Origin: Anaerolineae bacterium
Lineage (GTDB): Bacteria; Chloroflexota; Anaerolineae; B4-G1; DUEL01
NCBI GenBank assembly: GCA_041082215.1
Contig: JBDOIF010000111.1
Coordinates: forward strand, 1 to 64,000
Length of the DNA stretch: 64,000 nucleotides
Reading direction: 5' to 3'
Shown here: positions 40,111 to 48,555 of the stretch, piece by piece
Layout of the letters: each line of letters starts with the position of its first letter
Numbering within the stretch: the stretch's first letter is position 1
Notes under the pieces: generated by a model
What the model was told of the DNA's origin: nothing
The model's input: only the letters and a program-made list of their open reading frames with translations
Databases searched by the model: none
Position numbers and translations under genes: made by a program

Positions 40111-40806
40111 TCAATCGTCCGCTGGCGGTTCCGGTTTCTCGCCGCTGCGGCGGAAGAGGGCGCTGAGCGATTTGTCTGCCTCCCCACGCACAAGGGCCAG
40201 GATCTCATCCCCCGCCCGCAGGACGGTGTCGCCGTGGAGTACAAGCGCCTCGTCGCCCCGCAGAACGGCCATCAGCAGGCAGTCCTGGGGGAGGCCCAGA
40301 TCGGCGACGCGCCGCCCCTCCGCGGGAGCACCTGGCTCCAGCCTCTCCTTCACAATGGCCAGTTCCCCCCGTCGCAGCCGCACCAGCGTCATCACATCTC
40401 CCAGGGACATCTCCTCGGCGATCAGCCTGGCCAGGAGGTCCGATTGGTTCAGGGCCACATCCACACCGGCCTCCGGGGTGAAGAGCCAGGCGTTGCGCGG
40501 GTTGTTGATGCGGGCGATGATGCGCGGTACTTTGAAAATGAAGCGGCCCATCATCGCTACCCCCAGGTTGATCTCATCCTCCCCGGTGACAGCCACAAGG
40601 ACATCGGAGGAGCGGATGCCGGCCCGCTCCAGCACTTCCAGCCGCGTCCCGTCCCCGTCCATCACCACTTCGGTGGGCAGTTCCCGGTAGAGCCGGGAGA
40701 GGACGGAGGTGCGGTTCTCCACCACGCAGACCTCGTACCCTTCGGCCAGAAGGAGCGAGGCCAGATGGGAGCCGACCTTACCGCCGCCGACGATCAGGAC
40801 GCGCAT
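40111..40806 (-). CDS. TrkA/KtrA family potassium uptake regulator
   Basis: IVGGGKVG RCK-N domain plus RCK-C. Confidence 0.92.
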   Translation of the reverse strand: MRVLIVGGGKVGSHLASLLLAEGYEVCVVENRTSVLSRLYRELPTEVVMDGDGTRLEVLERAGIRSSDVLVAVTGEDEINLGVAMMGRFIFKVPRIIARINNPRNAWLFTPEAGVDVALNQSDLLARLIAEEMSLGDVMTLVRLRRGELAIVKERLEPGAPAEGRRVADLGLPQDCLLMAVLRGDEALVLHGDTVLRAGDEILALVRGEADKSLSALFRRSGEKPEPPADD

Positions 40807-41465
40807 TCAACCCCTCCTGCCCGGGCCAGCCGGGCCCTCAGTTCCTCCAGCGCCTCTGTCGCCACAATGAGACGGACGATGTCTCCAGCCTCCAGAGGGG
40901 TATCCGGATCCGGGATGGAGGCCCCGCCGCCGCGGATCAACACTGTAGGTGCCATTTTCCCCGGTATCATCAGCGAGGAGAAAGGGTGTCCGATCCAGGC
41001 TGGCGGGACCCGTAGCTCCACTACGGTCACCTCGCCGTTGCCCAGAGTATCCACCACGTTCAGCGCAGGCTGGCAGAGCAATTGTTCCAGTCGGTGCACC
41101 CGCCACTCCGCCGCTGTCACCACGGGCACGCCGATGGCCTGGTAGAGGGCAGCCCGCTCCGGCTCGAAGAGGCGGGCCACCACCTGGGGCACCTGGAAAT
41201 GATGGCGGGCGATAAAGACGATCAGCAGGTTGGCCATCTCATCGCTGGTCACTGCCGCGACGCCGTCCGCCTGTTCGATCCCAGCCCGCAGAAGAACGTC
41301 CCGGTCAAACCCCAGCCCGGTGATGGTGCGGCCACGAAAATCCGACCCCAGCCGGATGAACTGATCCGGGTTGGGGTCCACCACCACGACCTGATGGCCC
41401 CCCTCGGCCAGTGTACGGGCCAGCAGGGATCCCGTCCGCCCACAACCGACCACGATGATGTGCAT
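40794..41465 (-). CDS. TrkA/KtrA family potassium uptake regulator
   Basis: VVGCGRTG RCK-N domain plus RCK-C. Confidence 0.92.
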   Translation of the reverse strand: MHIIVVGCGRTGSLLARTLAEGGHQVVVVDPNPDQFIRLGSDFRGRTITGLGFDRDVLLRAGIEQADGVAAVTSDEMANLLIVFIARHHFQVPQVVARLFEPERAALYQAIGVPVVTAAEWRVHRLEQLLCQPALNVVDTLGNGEVTVVELRVPPAWIGHPFSSLMIPGKMAPTVLIRGGGASIPDPDTPLEAGDIVRLIVATEALEELRARLARAGGVECAS

Positions 41466-41518
41466 AAAGAAGCTTCCTCCTCACGGGCTGTCTGTAACTA
41501 CCTGCTCTGCGAAGAGGG

Positions 41519-41560
41519 GTAGCGCAGGATTCATCTTGCGCAAGATAAATCTTGCACTAC
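41519..41560. repeat. Double GTAG-type palindrome
   Basis: GTAGCGCAGGATTCATCTTGCGCAAGATAAATCTTGCACTAC; related copy at 46415. Confidence 0.7.
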
Positions 41561-41599
41561 TTCTATTGAAGCAGGTAGATGGCTACGAATAAAGAGCAG

Positions 41600-43447
41600 T
41601 CAATGCAGGTGGAACGGGACATGGGTCACCATCACCTCCCGCCGGAAGAGGAAGGCCAGGTGGATGAGGAAGGCGGTCTGGTTGTGCAGAAAATGGTGCC
41701 ACCATCGGGTCGGCACAAACTGCGGCAGGACAATGGTCACCACCTGATCCCGTCGCCGCTTGTCGTCTATCCGGTCCACATACTCCACCAGCGGCCCGAC
41801 GATGGACCGGTACGGGGAGGGGAGCACGACCAGCGGGACACCGTCTCCCCACTCCTCCCACTTGCGCCGGATTTTCGGCGTCTCGTTGGGGTCGGTCTCC
41901 ACATACACCGCCGTCACATCGTCGGAGAGGGAGCGGGCGTAATTGAGGGCGGCGATGACGGCCCGGTGCACTCCTGCGATCGGAACGATGACCCGATGGC
42001 GCCGGACCGGCGGCGGGCTGCCGAAGGCATCCAGGGAGAGGTTCGCCGCCACGTCCTGGTAGTGCCGGTGGACCGCCAGGAAAAAGCCAATGAAGAGGGG
42101 AATCCAGGCAATGACGATCCAGGCGCCGTAGATGAACTTGGTGACGATGAAGATAGTCAGAACGGCCGCCGTCACCGTAGCGCCGAAGCCGCTGATCAGC
42201 GCCTTCAGCCACCAGTAGCTCCCCCGCTGCCGCCACCGACGCGCGACCATCCCCGATTGGGAAAGGGTAAAGGATAGGAACACCCCCACTGCGTAAAGGG
42301 GGATCAGACGGGTGGTCTCCCCGTGGAAGAGGACGATCAGGGCAGAGGAAGCCAGCGCCAGCGCCAGAATCCCGTTGGAAAAGACCAGCCGGTCTCCCAG
42401 CAGGGCGAACTGGTTGGGCATGTACCGGTCCCGGGCCAGAAAGAAAGAAAGGCGGGGAAAGTCGGCGAAGGCGGTATTGGCCGCCAGGACCAGGATGAGC
42501 ATCGTCGCCGCCTGGAAGAGATAATACAGGACTGTGCCGTCGCCGAAGGCCACCCGTCCCAGCTGGGAGATGACCGTCTCGTGGGTCTCTTCGTTTGGGA
42601 CGATGCCGAACTGGTGGCTCAGGAAGGTGATGCCCAGGAACATGGTGATCAGCAGGGAGGCCATCGCGATCAGAGTCCTGCTGGCGTTTCTGGACTCCGG
42701 GGGCTTGAAAACCGGGACCCCATCAGCGATGGCTTCCACACCGGTGAGGGCGGCGCAGCCGCTGGAGAAGGCCCGCAGGATAAGGAAAAGGGTCAGCGCA
42801 TGGGTGACGGGGTACTCGATCCGGGGCGGCGCAGCCGGTGGCATCCCCGCTGCCACCCATCGGTACAGCCCGACGCCCAGCATGCCCAGCGTCATGGAAA
42901 CGAAAAAGTAGGTGGGGATGGAAAAGATGGTGCCCGACTCCCGCACGCCCCGCAGGTTCAGGATGGTGATGATGGCGATCAGGGTCAGCCCCATCGCCAC
43001 CCGGTAGGGGTAAAGGGGTGGGAGAGCGGAGGTGACCGCCGCCACCCCCGCACTGACGCTCACCGCGACGGTCAGGATATAGTCAGTGAGGATCGCGGCC
43101 GCGGCGATCAGCCCCGGCAACTGTCCCAGGTTGTCGTGGGCGACGATGTAGGCCCCCCCGCCGCCCGGATAGGCGTGGATGGTCTGGTAGTACGAGAAGG
43201 CGACGATGGCCAGCAGGGTGGCGATGCCCAGCGCGATGGGCCAGGCCAGCCCCACCGCTCCGCTCCCGGCCAGAATGAGCACCAGCAGAATCTCCTCCGT
43301 GGCGTAAGCTGTGGAGGAGAGGGCGTCGGAAGCGAAGACCGCCAGCGCCTTGACTTTGGTCAGCCGCTCATGCTTCAACTGCGTCGTTGCCAGGGGGCTG
43401 CCGATGAGCAGCCGCCGCAGGCTGAACCCTGGAATATGCTCGGCCAT
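41600..43447 (-). CDS. APC-family permease, KimA/YdaO-like K+ transporter
   Basis: SDALSSTAYATEE, YPGGGGAY, TGVEAI, LIPLYAVGVF and LHNQT. Confidence 0.88.
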   Translation of the reverse strand: MAEHIPGFSLRRLLIGSPLATTQLKHERLTKVKALAVFASDALSSTAYATEEILLVLILAGSGAVGLAWPIALGIATLLAIVAFSYYQTIHAYPGGGGAYIVAHDNLGQLPGLIAAAAILTDYILTVAVSVSAGVAAVTSALPPLYPYRVAMGLTLIAIITILNLRGVRESGTIFSIPTYFFVSMTLGMLGVGLYRWVAAGMPPAAPPRIEYPVTHALTLFLILRAFSSGCAALTGVEAIADGVPVFKPPESRNASRTLIAMASLLITMFLGITFLSHQFGIVPNEETHETVISQLGRVAFGDGTVLYYLFQAATMLILVLAANTAFADFPRLSFFLARDRYMPNQFALLGDRLVFSNGILALALASSALIVLFHGETTRLIPLYAVGVFLSFTLSQSGMVARRWRQRGSYWWLKALISGFGATVTAAVLTIFIVTKFIYGAWIVIAWIPLFIGFFLAVHRHYQDVAANLSLDAFGSPPPVRRHRVIVPIAGVHRAVIAALNYARSLSDDVTAVYVETDPNETPKIRRKWEEWGDGVPLVVLPSPYRSIVGPLVEYVDRIDDKRRRDQVVTIVLPQFVPTRWWHHFLHNQTAFLIHLAFLFRREVMVTHVPFHLH

Positions 43448-43619
43448 ATGATGTCCCTAAACGGTTACCTCCAGACTGCTATTCTAACACAGACAAAGCG
43501 GGGCGCAATGCGGCAACCGAAAGAGGGTTTTGGCAGGGGACGACGCGAAGAGGCAAAGCCGTGATGCGGCGCTGCCAAAACGGGGAGTATGGGGTTCCTG
43601 CGAAAGTTTTGAGGCCTGG

Positions 43620-44630
43620 TTATGTTTCCCTGTCGGAACGGCTGCCCATCAGCAGCTCAGCCGGGATGGAAGCCTCGATGTTCCGGAGGACGCGCTCGTC
43701 TATCTGTGTGCCCGCGGCCTCCAGCGCAAGGAAAAGGGCACCCACCACCGGCTCGTACCTGGGCAGAACGATCCGCGCCTCGGGGGCCACCCGGTGCACC
43801 ACCTGTCGCACCGTGTCCACCAGAAGCGGCCCCCTGCCTTTGAACACACTGCCGGCCAGAACGACCTCGACATCCTGACGTTGCAGGGATAGCCGCCTGA
43901 TCAACGCCCCGGCAGTGACGCCGACTTCCCTGCCGACTTCCTCCACCAGCTCACATGCCACTTCATCCCCCGCAGAGGCGGCCTCGAAAAGCAGAGGGAC
44001 CAGGCCCAGCAGTTCTGTATACTCGATACGGCCCTTGTAAAGCATATCAATGAGCTCTTCCGGGGTGGGAGCCTGCAGGTGGTCCAGCACCATCTGCAGG
44101 AGAACCGTCGGCTTCCCGCGCCCGTCGTGGGCGCGCATGACGCGGCGGATGACCTCCTGACAGATCTGAGCGCCCCCTCCCCAGTCCCCGGAAATGAAAC
44201 CCAGCCCGGGCATGATGATCTCCCTTCCATCGGGAGCGCGGCCTGCCGCGTTGGTGCCCGTCCCGCAGATGACCACCACACCCCAGGGGCGGGAAAGGCC
44301 GCTGCGCAGCGCGGCCATTGTGTCGTTTTTGACGACCACCCGGCGGCACAGGCTGGCCTGCTCCAATGCCTGCTGGAGCATGGCGTAATCGTCCGGCAGG
44401 TCGGCCCCTGCCAGGCAGAACATGCCCAGGGCGATGTCCCCCGCCGGGATGGCTGCTGGCTCCGTCGCTTCCTTCACGGCCTGCGCGACCTCGATCATCG
44501 CCCTGCCCAGGCCACAGGCCTGGTGGTTGCTGGGTCCGGCGCGGCCCAGCCCCATCACCTGCCCGTCGCGCCGGGCCGCCAGGCAGAGCGTCTTGGACGC
44601 ACCGCCGTCCACTCCGATCACGAATTCCAT
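43620..44630 (-). CDS. BadF/BadG/BcrA/BcrD-family ATPase (amino-sugar kinase-like)
   Basis: IGVDGGASKT, ND, ICGTG, GDWGG. Confidence 0.85.
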   Translation of the reverse strand: MEFVIGVDGGASKTLCLAARRDGQVMGLGRAGPSNHQACGLGRAMIEVAQAVKEATEPAAIPAGDIALGMFCLAGADLPDDYAMLQQALEQASLCRRVVVKNDTMAALRSGLSRPWGVVVICGTGTNAAGRAPDGREIIMPGLGFISGDWGGGAQICQEVIRRVMRAHDGRGKPTVLLQMVLDHLQAPTPEELIDMLYKGRIEYTELLGLVPLLFEAASAGDEVACELVEEVGREVGVTAGALIRRLSLQRQDVEVVLAGSVFKGRGPLLVDTVRQVVHRVAPEARIVLPRYEPVVGALFLALEAAGTQIDERVLRNIEASIPAELLMGSRSDRET

Positions 44631-44654
44631 ACGGTCCTCCCCCAGCCCGCGTCG

Positions 44655-46397
44655 CTATGCGTCCTGCTTCCACCCCCGCAATGCGTAGTATTCCCCCACC
44701 ATCCGCGAGAGCTCGGCTCTGGTGAGCCGCTCCTTGCTTGGCTCCAGCGGCTCTGTGAGGATGCGCTCCGGCAGGGTGTCGTCGGCCGGCGTCATCCCCT
44801 CCCGCAGGTTGTACCGGCGGATCGTGTCGGCGATCCGGGCCGAGAGGGCCCGCAGCCCTTCCTTATCCAGTTCCAGGCCGGTGAGGGCGCGGATGACGAC
44901 GGGTAGCTCCTCCCAACCGACCAGGTCCCGATAGAAGCGACAGAAAATCAGCGTGTCGAAGAGGGTGTGGCGGTCCTCGAAGTCAAGCACCAGTTCCGCC
45001 TTTCCGTCCGTGGTGGTGCGGTCGGCCTGGCCGGAGAACTCCGCCTTGTAGACCGTGGCTCGCAGGTGACAGGCCCCCCGGTCGGAGACGGCGAACGCCA
45101 GCCCCATCCCCTTGGCGGCGCGGGGGTCGTAGCCAGGCGGCTCCAGCCCCTTGACGTGGACGGCCAGCTCCTCCAGCCCCAGCTCCCGGCTGGCAGCCCG
45201 CACCCCCCGGGACAACAGCTCGCCTGGCCCTTCCCGATGGGCGATCTGGGTCAGGAGACGGGCGATGCTGTCCACATCCCCGTAGTCCAGCTCCAGCTCC
45301 AGCGCTCCCCGGCGGGCGGCCTCGATGGCGAAGCCGACCACGTTGCCGCCGGTGATGGTATCCAGCCCCAGCCGGTCGCACAGCTCGTTGAGATAGGCGA
45401 TCTCCGCCAGGTCGTTCACCCCGCACAGGCCGCCAAAGGCAAAGATGGTCTCATATTCCGGCCCTTCGACCGTCAGCCCGGCGTGGCGGCCTTCGGGGAC
45501 GGTGGTGAGCTTGCCGCAGGCCAGGAAGCAGCGGTAGCAGGCCTTGGGGCGGGGCCTGAACCGCTCCACCAGCGCGTCGGCGCTGATCTGTTCCCAGTAA
45601 GGGACGGTGCCGGCCGACCAGTAGTAGCTGGGGAAGGCCCCCGCCGAGTTGGAGATCGCCACCAGCATTGGGGTGCCGAACTTCCGGTAGGCGGCGGCGC
45701 CGGCGCTCTCCTTCCCCCGCTGCCGCAGCTCCCGGTCGAAGGCCTCCACACCCTCCGGGTCGTGGAGGGGACAGCGGGCCTCGCCGTGGAAGACGATCCC
45801 TTTCACCCGCTTGGCCCCCATCACCGCCCCTATCCCCGTCCGGCCTGCCTGACGGCCCCGGTCGTTGTTCACCACAGCGAAGGGGACCCGATTCTCCCCC
45901 GCCGGTCCGATGACGATCGCCTTCGCCCCACGGACCCCCACGTCCTTCTTCAACGCCTCCTCCGCCTGATAGCCGTCCATGCCCCAGAAGGGGGTGGCGT
46001 CGTGGAAGACCACCCCTTTGTCCGTGATCTCCAGGTAAACCGGCCTGTCGGCGGCCCCTTCGATCAGGATGGCATCGTAGCCGGTGGCCTTGATGGCCGG
46101 GGCGACGTGCCCTCCGGCATAGGACTCGCCGAAGATGCCGGTGAGGGGGGATTTGGCAAAGAGGCCGTGCCGGCCTGCAGGGGCGAGGACGGTGCCAGTG
46201 GCCGGGCCAACCGCCACGATGAGGGGGCTTTCCGGGGCCAGAGGGTCCACCCCCGGCGGCCCCTTTTCGAGCAGGAGATGGCCCGCCAGCCCCTTGCCGC
46301 CCAGATAACGGGCAAGGACTTCGTCTGGGATCGGTTCCGCGCCCCATGTACGGGTAGAGAGTTCAACCCGCAGCAGCCGATTGTAGAACCCGTCCAT
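44655..46397 (-). CDS. Aldehyde:ferredoxin oxidoreductase family (W/Mo-pterin)
   Basis: KSPLTG, IGPAGE, GR.G.GAVMG.K, C..C...C, EGPEYET, DRGACH. Confidence 0.93.
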   Translation of the reverse strand: MDGFYNRLLRVELSTRTWGAEPIPDEVLARYLGGKGLAGHLLLEKGPPGVDPLAPESPLIVAVGPATGTVLAPAGRHGLFAKSPLTGIFGESYAGGHVAPAIKATGYDAILIEGAADRPVYLEITDKGVVFHDATPFWGMDGYQAEEALKKDVGVRGAKAIVIGPAGENRVPFAVVNNDRGRQAGRTGIGAVMGAKRVKGIVFHGEARCPLHDPEGVEAFDRELRQRGKESAGAAAYRKFGTPMLVAISNSAGAFPSYYWSAGTVPYWEQISADALVERFRPRPKACYRCFLACGKLTTVPEGRHAGLTVEGPEYETIFAFGGLCGVNDLAEIAYLNELCDRLGLDTITGGNVVGFAIEAARRGALELELDYGDVDSIARLLTQIAHREGPGELLSRGVRAASRELGLEELAVHVKGLEPPGYDPRAAKGMGLAFAVSDRGACHLRATVYKAEFSGQADRTTTDGKAELVLDFEDRHTLFDTLIFCRFYRDLVGWEELPVVIRALTGLELDKEGLRALSARIADTIRRYNLREGMTPADDTLPERILTEPLEPSKERLTRAELSRMVGEYYALRGWKQDA

Positions 46398-46414
46398 CTC
46401 GCCTCCTCAATTTT

Positions 46415-46456
46415 GTAGCGCAAGATTTATTTTGCGCAAGATGAATCTTGCGCTAC
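46415..46456. repeat. Double GTAG-type palindrome
   Basis: GTAGCGCAAGATTTATTTTGCGCAAGATGAATCTTGCGCTAC; supplies the stop of the acyl-CoA ligase gene. Confidence 0.7.
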
Positions 46457-48555
46457 GTCTGAGTGACGACCCGCACATCCACCGCCCAGGCCCCGTCCCC
46501 CGCCGGCCCCACGATCAGCGGGTTCAGGTCCACCTCAGCCACCTCTGGCAGTTCGACCATCATATGGCCCAGACGGACGAGGGTCTGGGTTACAGCGTCC
46601 ACATCCCCGGGGGGCTGTCCGCGCACCCCTGCCAGCAACCGCCCTGCCGCCGTCTCTGCCACCATCTCCCGCGCCTCCGATTCCCTCAGCGGTGCCAGCC
46701 GGAAGGCGACGTCCCGCAGCACCTCGACATAGATCCCCCCCAGGCCGAACATCACCAGCGGGCCGAACTGGGGGTCCCGCCGCGCCCCCACGATGACCTC
46801 CAGGCCGGGGGGGGCCATCTGCTGGATAAAGGCCAGCTCCCCCGGCCCCACAACCCGCCCGAACGCTTCCCGTACCGCGTCGCCGTCGGCCAGGCCCAGG
46901 GCCACACCTCCCGCGTCCGCCTTGTGGACCAGGCCCGGAGCGACCCGCTTGAGGGCCACCGGGTAGCCGATCCGCTCTGCCAGGGCCACTGCCTCCTCCG
47001 TGCTGGAGGCCAGGCCGGAAGGAGGGACCGGGAGGCCGCAGACGGCGGCCAGCTCCGCCCCCCTCTGGGGGTTCAGGACCTGCTCTCCAGCGGCGCGGGC
47101 GGCCTTCAGAACCCGGCGCGCCTCTTCCCGACCGGGAGGAGGCCCTTCAGGCTGTGAGAGGACAAGGGCGGGAGTGGGGCGGGCGAGGATATGTCGGTAG
47201 CGCCAGAGCACCCCCAGCCCCAGGGCGGCGCGGCATGGTGTGAGGTAGTGGGGGACCGAATGGGCGTGGAGGGTGCGGGCGGCGGCGCGGATGCCTCCGC
47301 CTCCGGAGATGCAGCAGACGACCGGCTTCTCCGTCTTTTCGGCCACCCAGCCGAGGGCAGCGGCCACGTCGTGGGGCGACAGGATCGCCTGAGGGACGAA
47401 GATCACCATCACCCCGTCCACCTCTGGGGCCTCCAGCAGCACCTTCAGCGCCCCGGCGTAATGCTCCGGTTGGGGGCCGCCGAGCATATCCACCGGGTTG
47501 CCCACCATTGCCCCGTGGGGGCAGACCTCCCGGAGCCGCGCCTGAGTTTCCGATGAAAGCTCCGCCAGCCGCAATCCCTGCCGGTCGAGCGCGTCCGCTC
47601 CCACCGCCGCCGGCCCGCCAGCGTTGGTCAGAATTGCCATTTGCGGCCCTGCAGGGGGCCTGCGGTAGGCCAGGGCGATGCTCGCATCCACCAGCTGTTC
47701 CAGGTCCTCTACCGGGATCGCCCCGGCCTTGCGGCAGGCAGCCATAAAGGCCTGATCTGCCCCGGCCAGCGCGCCGGTATGGGAGGACACCGCCCGGGTG
47801 CCGCTGGGGGTGCGGCCCGCCTTGAGCACGACCAGAGGCTTGTGGGCCGTCATCCCTGCCGCCACCTCGACGAACCGGCGGCCGTTGGGCAGCCCTTCGA
47901 TGTAGGCGGCCACAACCCGGGTGTTTGGATCGGCCGCCAGCGACTCCAGAGCGTCCGCCATATCCACGTCCGCCTGGTTCCCCAGGCTGATGATGCGGCT
48001 GAAACCCACCCCCACCGCGGCGGCCCAGTCCATCGTGCCGCCACAGACGGCGCCGGAGTGGGAGACGAAGCCGATGTTCCCCTGGAAGGGCATGGTGCGG
48101 ACGAAGGTGGTGTCTATGGGAGCGTAGGTGTCTATGACCCCGACGCAATTGGGACCGATGAACCGGATCCCGTAGCGGCGGGCCACCTCCCGTAGCTGCT
48201 CCTCCCGTTCCCGTCCCCCGGCCCCCAGTTCGGCAAACCCGGAGGCGATGAGGACGGCGGCGCGGATCCCCCGCTTCCCACAAGCCTCCAGCGCCTCCAC
48301 CGTTTGCTCGGCGGAAAGGACGATGACGGCCAGGTCAACCGGGTCGGGTACCTCCGCCACCGAGGTGTAAACCCGCAGCCCCAGCATCGCCCCACCCTTG
48401 GGGTTGACCGGATAGACCGGCCCCCGATAGTCGTGGGTGACCAGGTTGCGCAGGACGCCGTAGCTCAGCTTGGTAGGGTTGGCGCTGGCGCCCAGGACAG
48501 CGACACCCCGGGGGTGGAAGAAGATGTGCAAAGGGTCGGTCACAGTGGCCATCAC
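46453..48555 (-). CDS. ADP-forming acetate/acyl-CoA synthetase (fused alpha-beta)
   Basis: GPNCVG, SHSGA, SHTGALAG phospho-His motif, NAGG, C-terminal ATP-grasp. Confidence 0.93.
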   Translation of the reverse strand: MMATVTDPLHIFFHPRGVAVLGASANPTKLSYGVLRNLVTHDYRGPVYPVNPKGGAMLGLRVYTSVAEVPDPVDLAVIVLSAEQTVEALEACGKRGIRAAVLIASGFAELGAGGREREEQLREVARRYGIRFIGPNCVGVIDTYAPIDTTFVRTMPFQGNIGFVSHSGAVCGGTMDWAAAVGVGFSRIISLGNQADVDMADALESLAADPNTRVVAAYIEGLPNGRRFVEVAAGMTAHKPLVVLKAGRTPSGTRAVSSHTGALAGADQAFMAACRKAGAIPVEDLEQLVDASIALAYRRPPAGPQMAILTNAGGPAAVGADALDRQGLRLAELSSETQARLREVCPHGAMVGNPVDMLGGPQPEHYAGALKVLLEAPEVDGVMVIFVPQAILSPHDVAAALGWVAEKTEKPVVCCISGGGGIRAAARTLHAHSVPHYLTPCRAALGLGVLWRYRHILARPTPALVLSQPEGPPPGREEARRVLKAARAAGEQVLNPQRGAELAAVCGLPVPPSGLASSTEEAVALAERIGYPVALKRVAPGLVHKADAGGVALGLADGDAVREAFGRVVGPGELAFIQQMAPPGLEVIVGARRDPQFGPLVMFGLGGIYVEVLRDVAFRLAPLRESEAREMVAETAAGRLLAGVRGQPPGDVDAVTQTLVRLGHMMVELPEVAEVDLNPLIVGPAGDGAWAVDVRVVTQT

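Noticed and set aside
43448..43619. c-di-AMP (ydaO) riboswitch upstream of the KimA-like gene
   Set aside because: No recognisable consensus; a TTGCGC..TAGAAT promoter lies only about 35 nt from the start, leaving no room.
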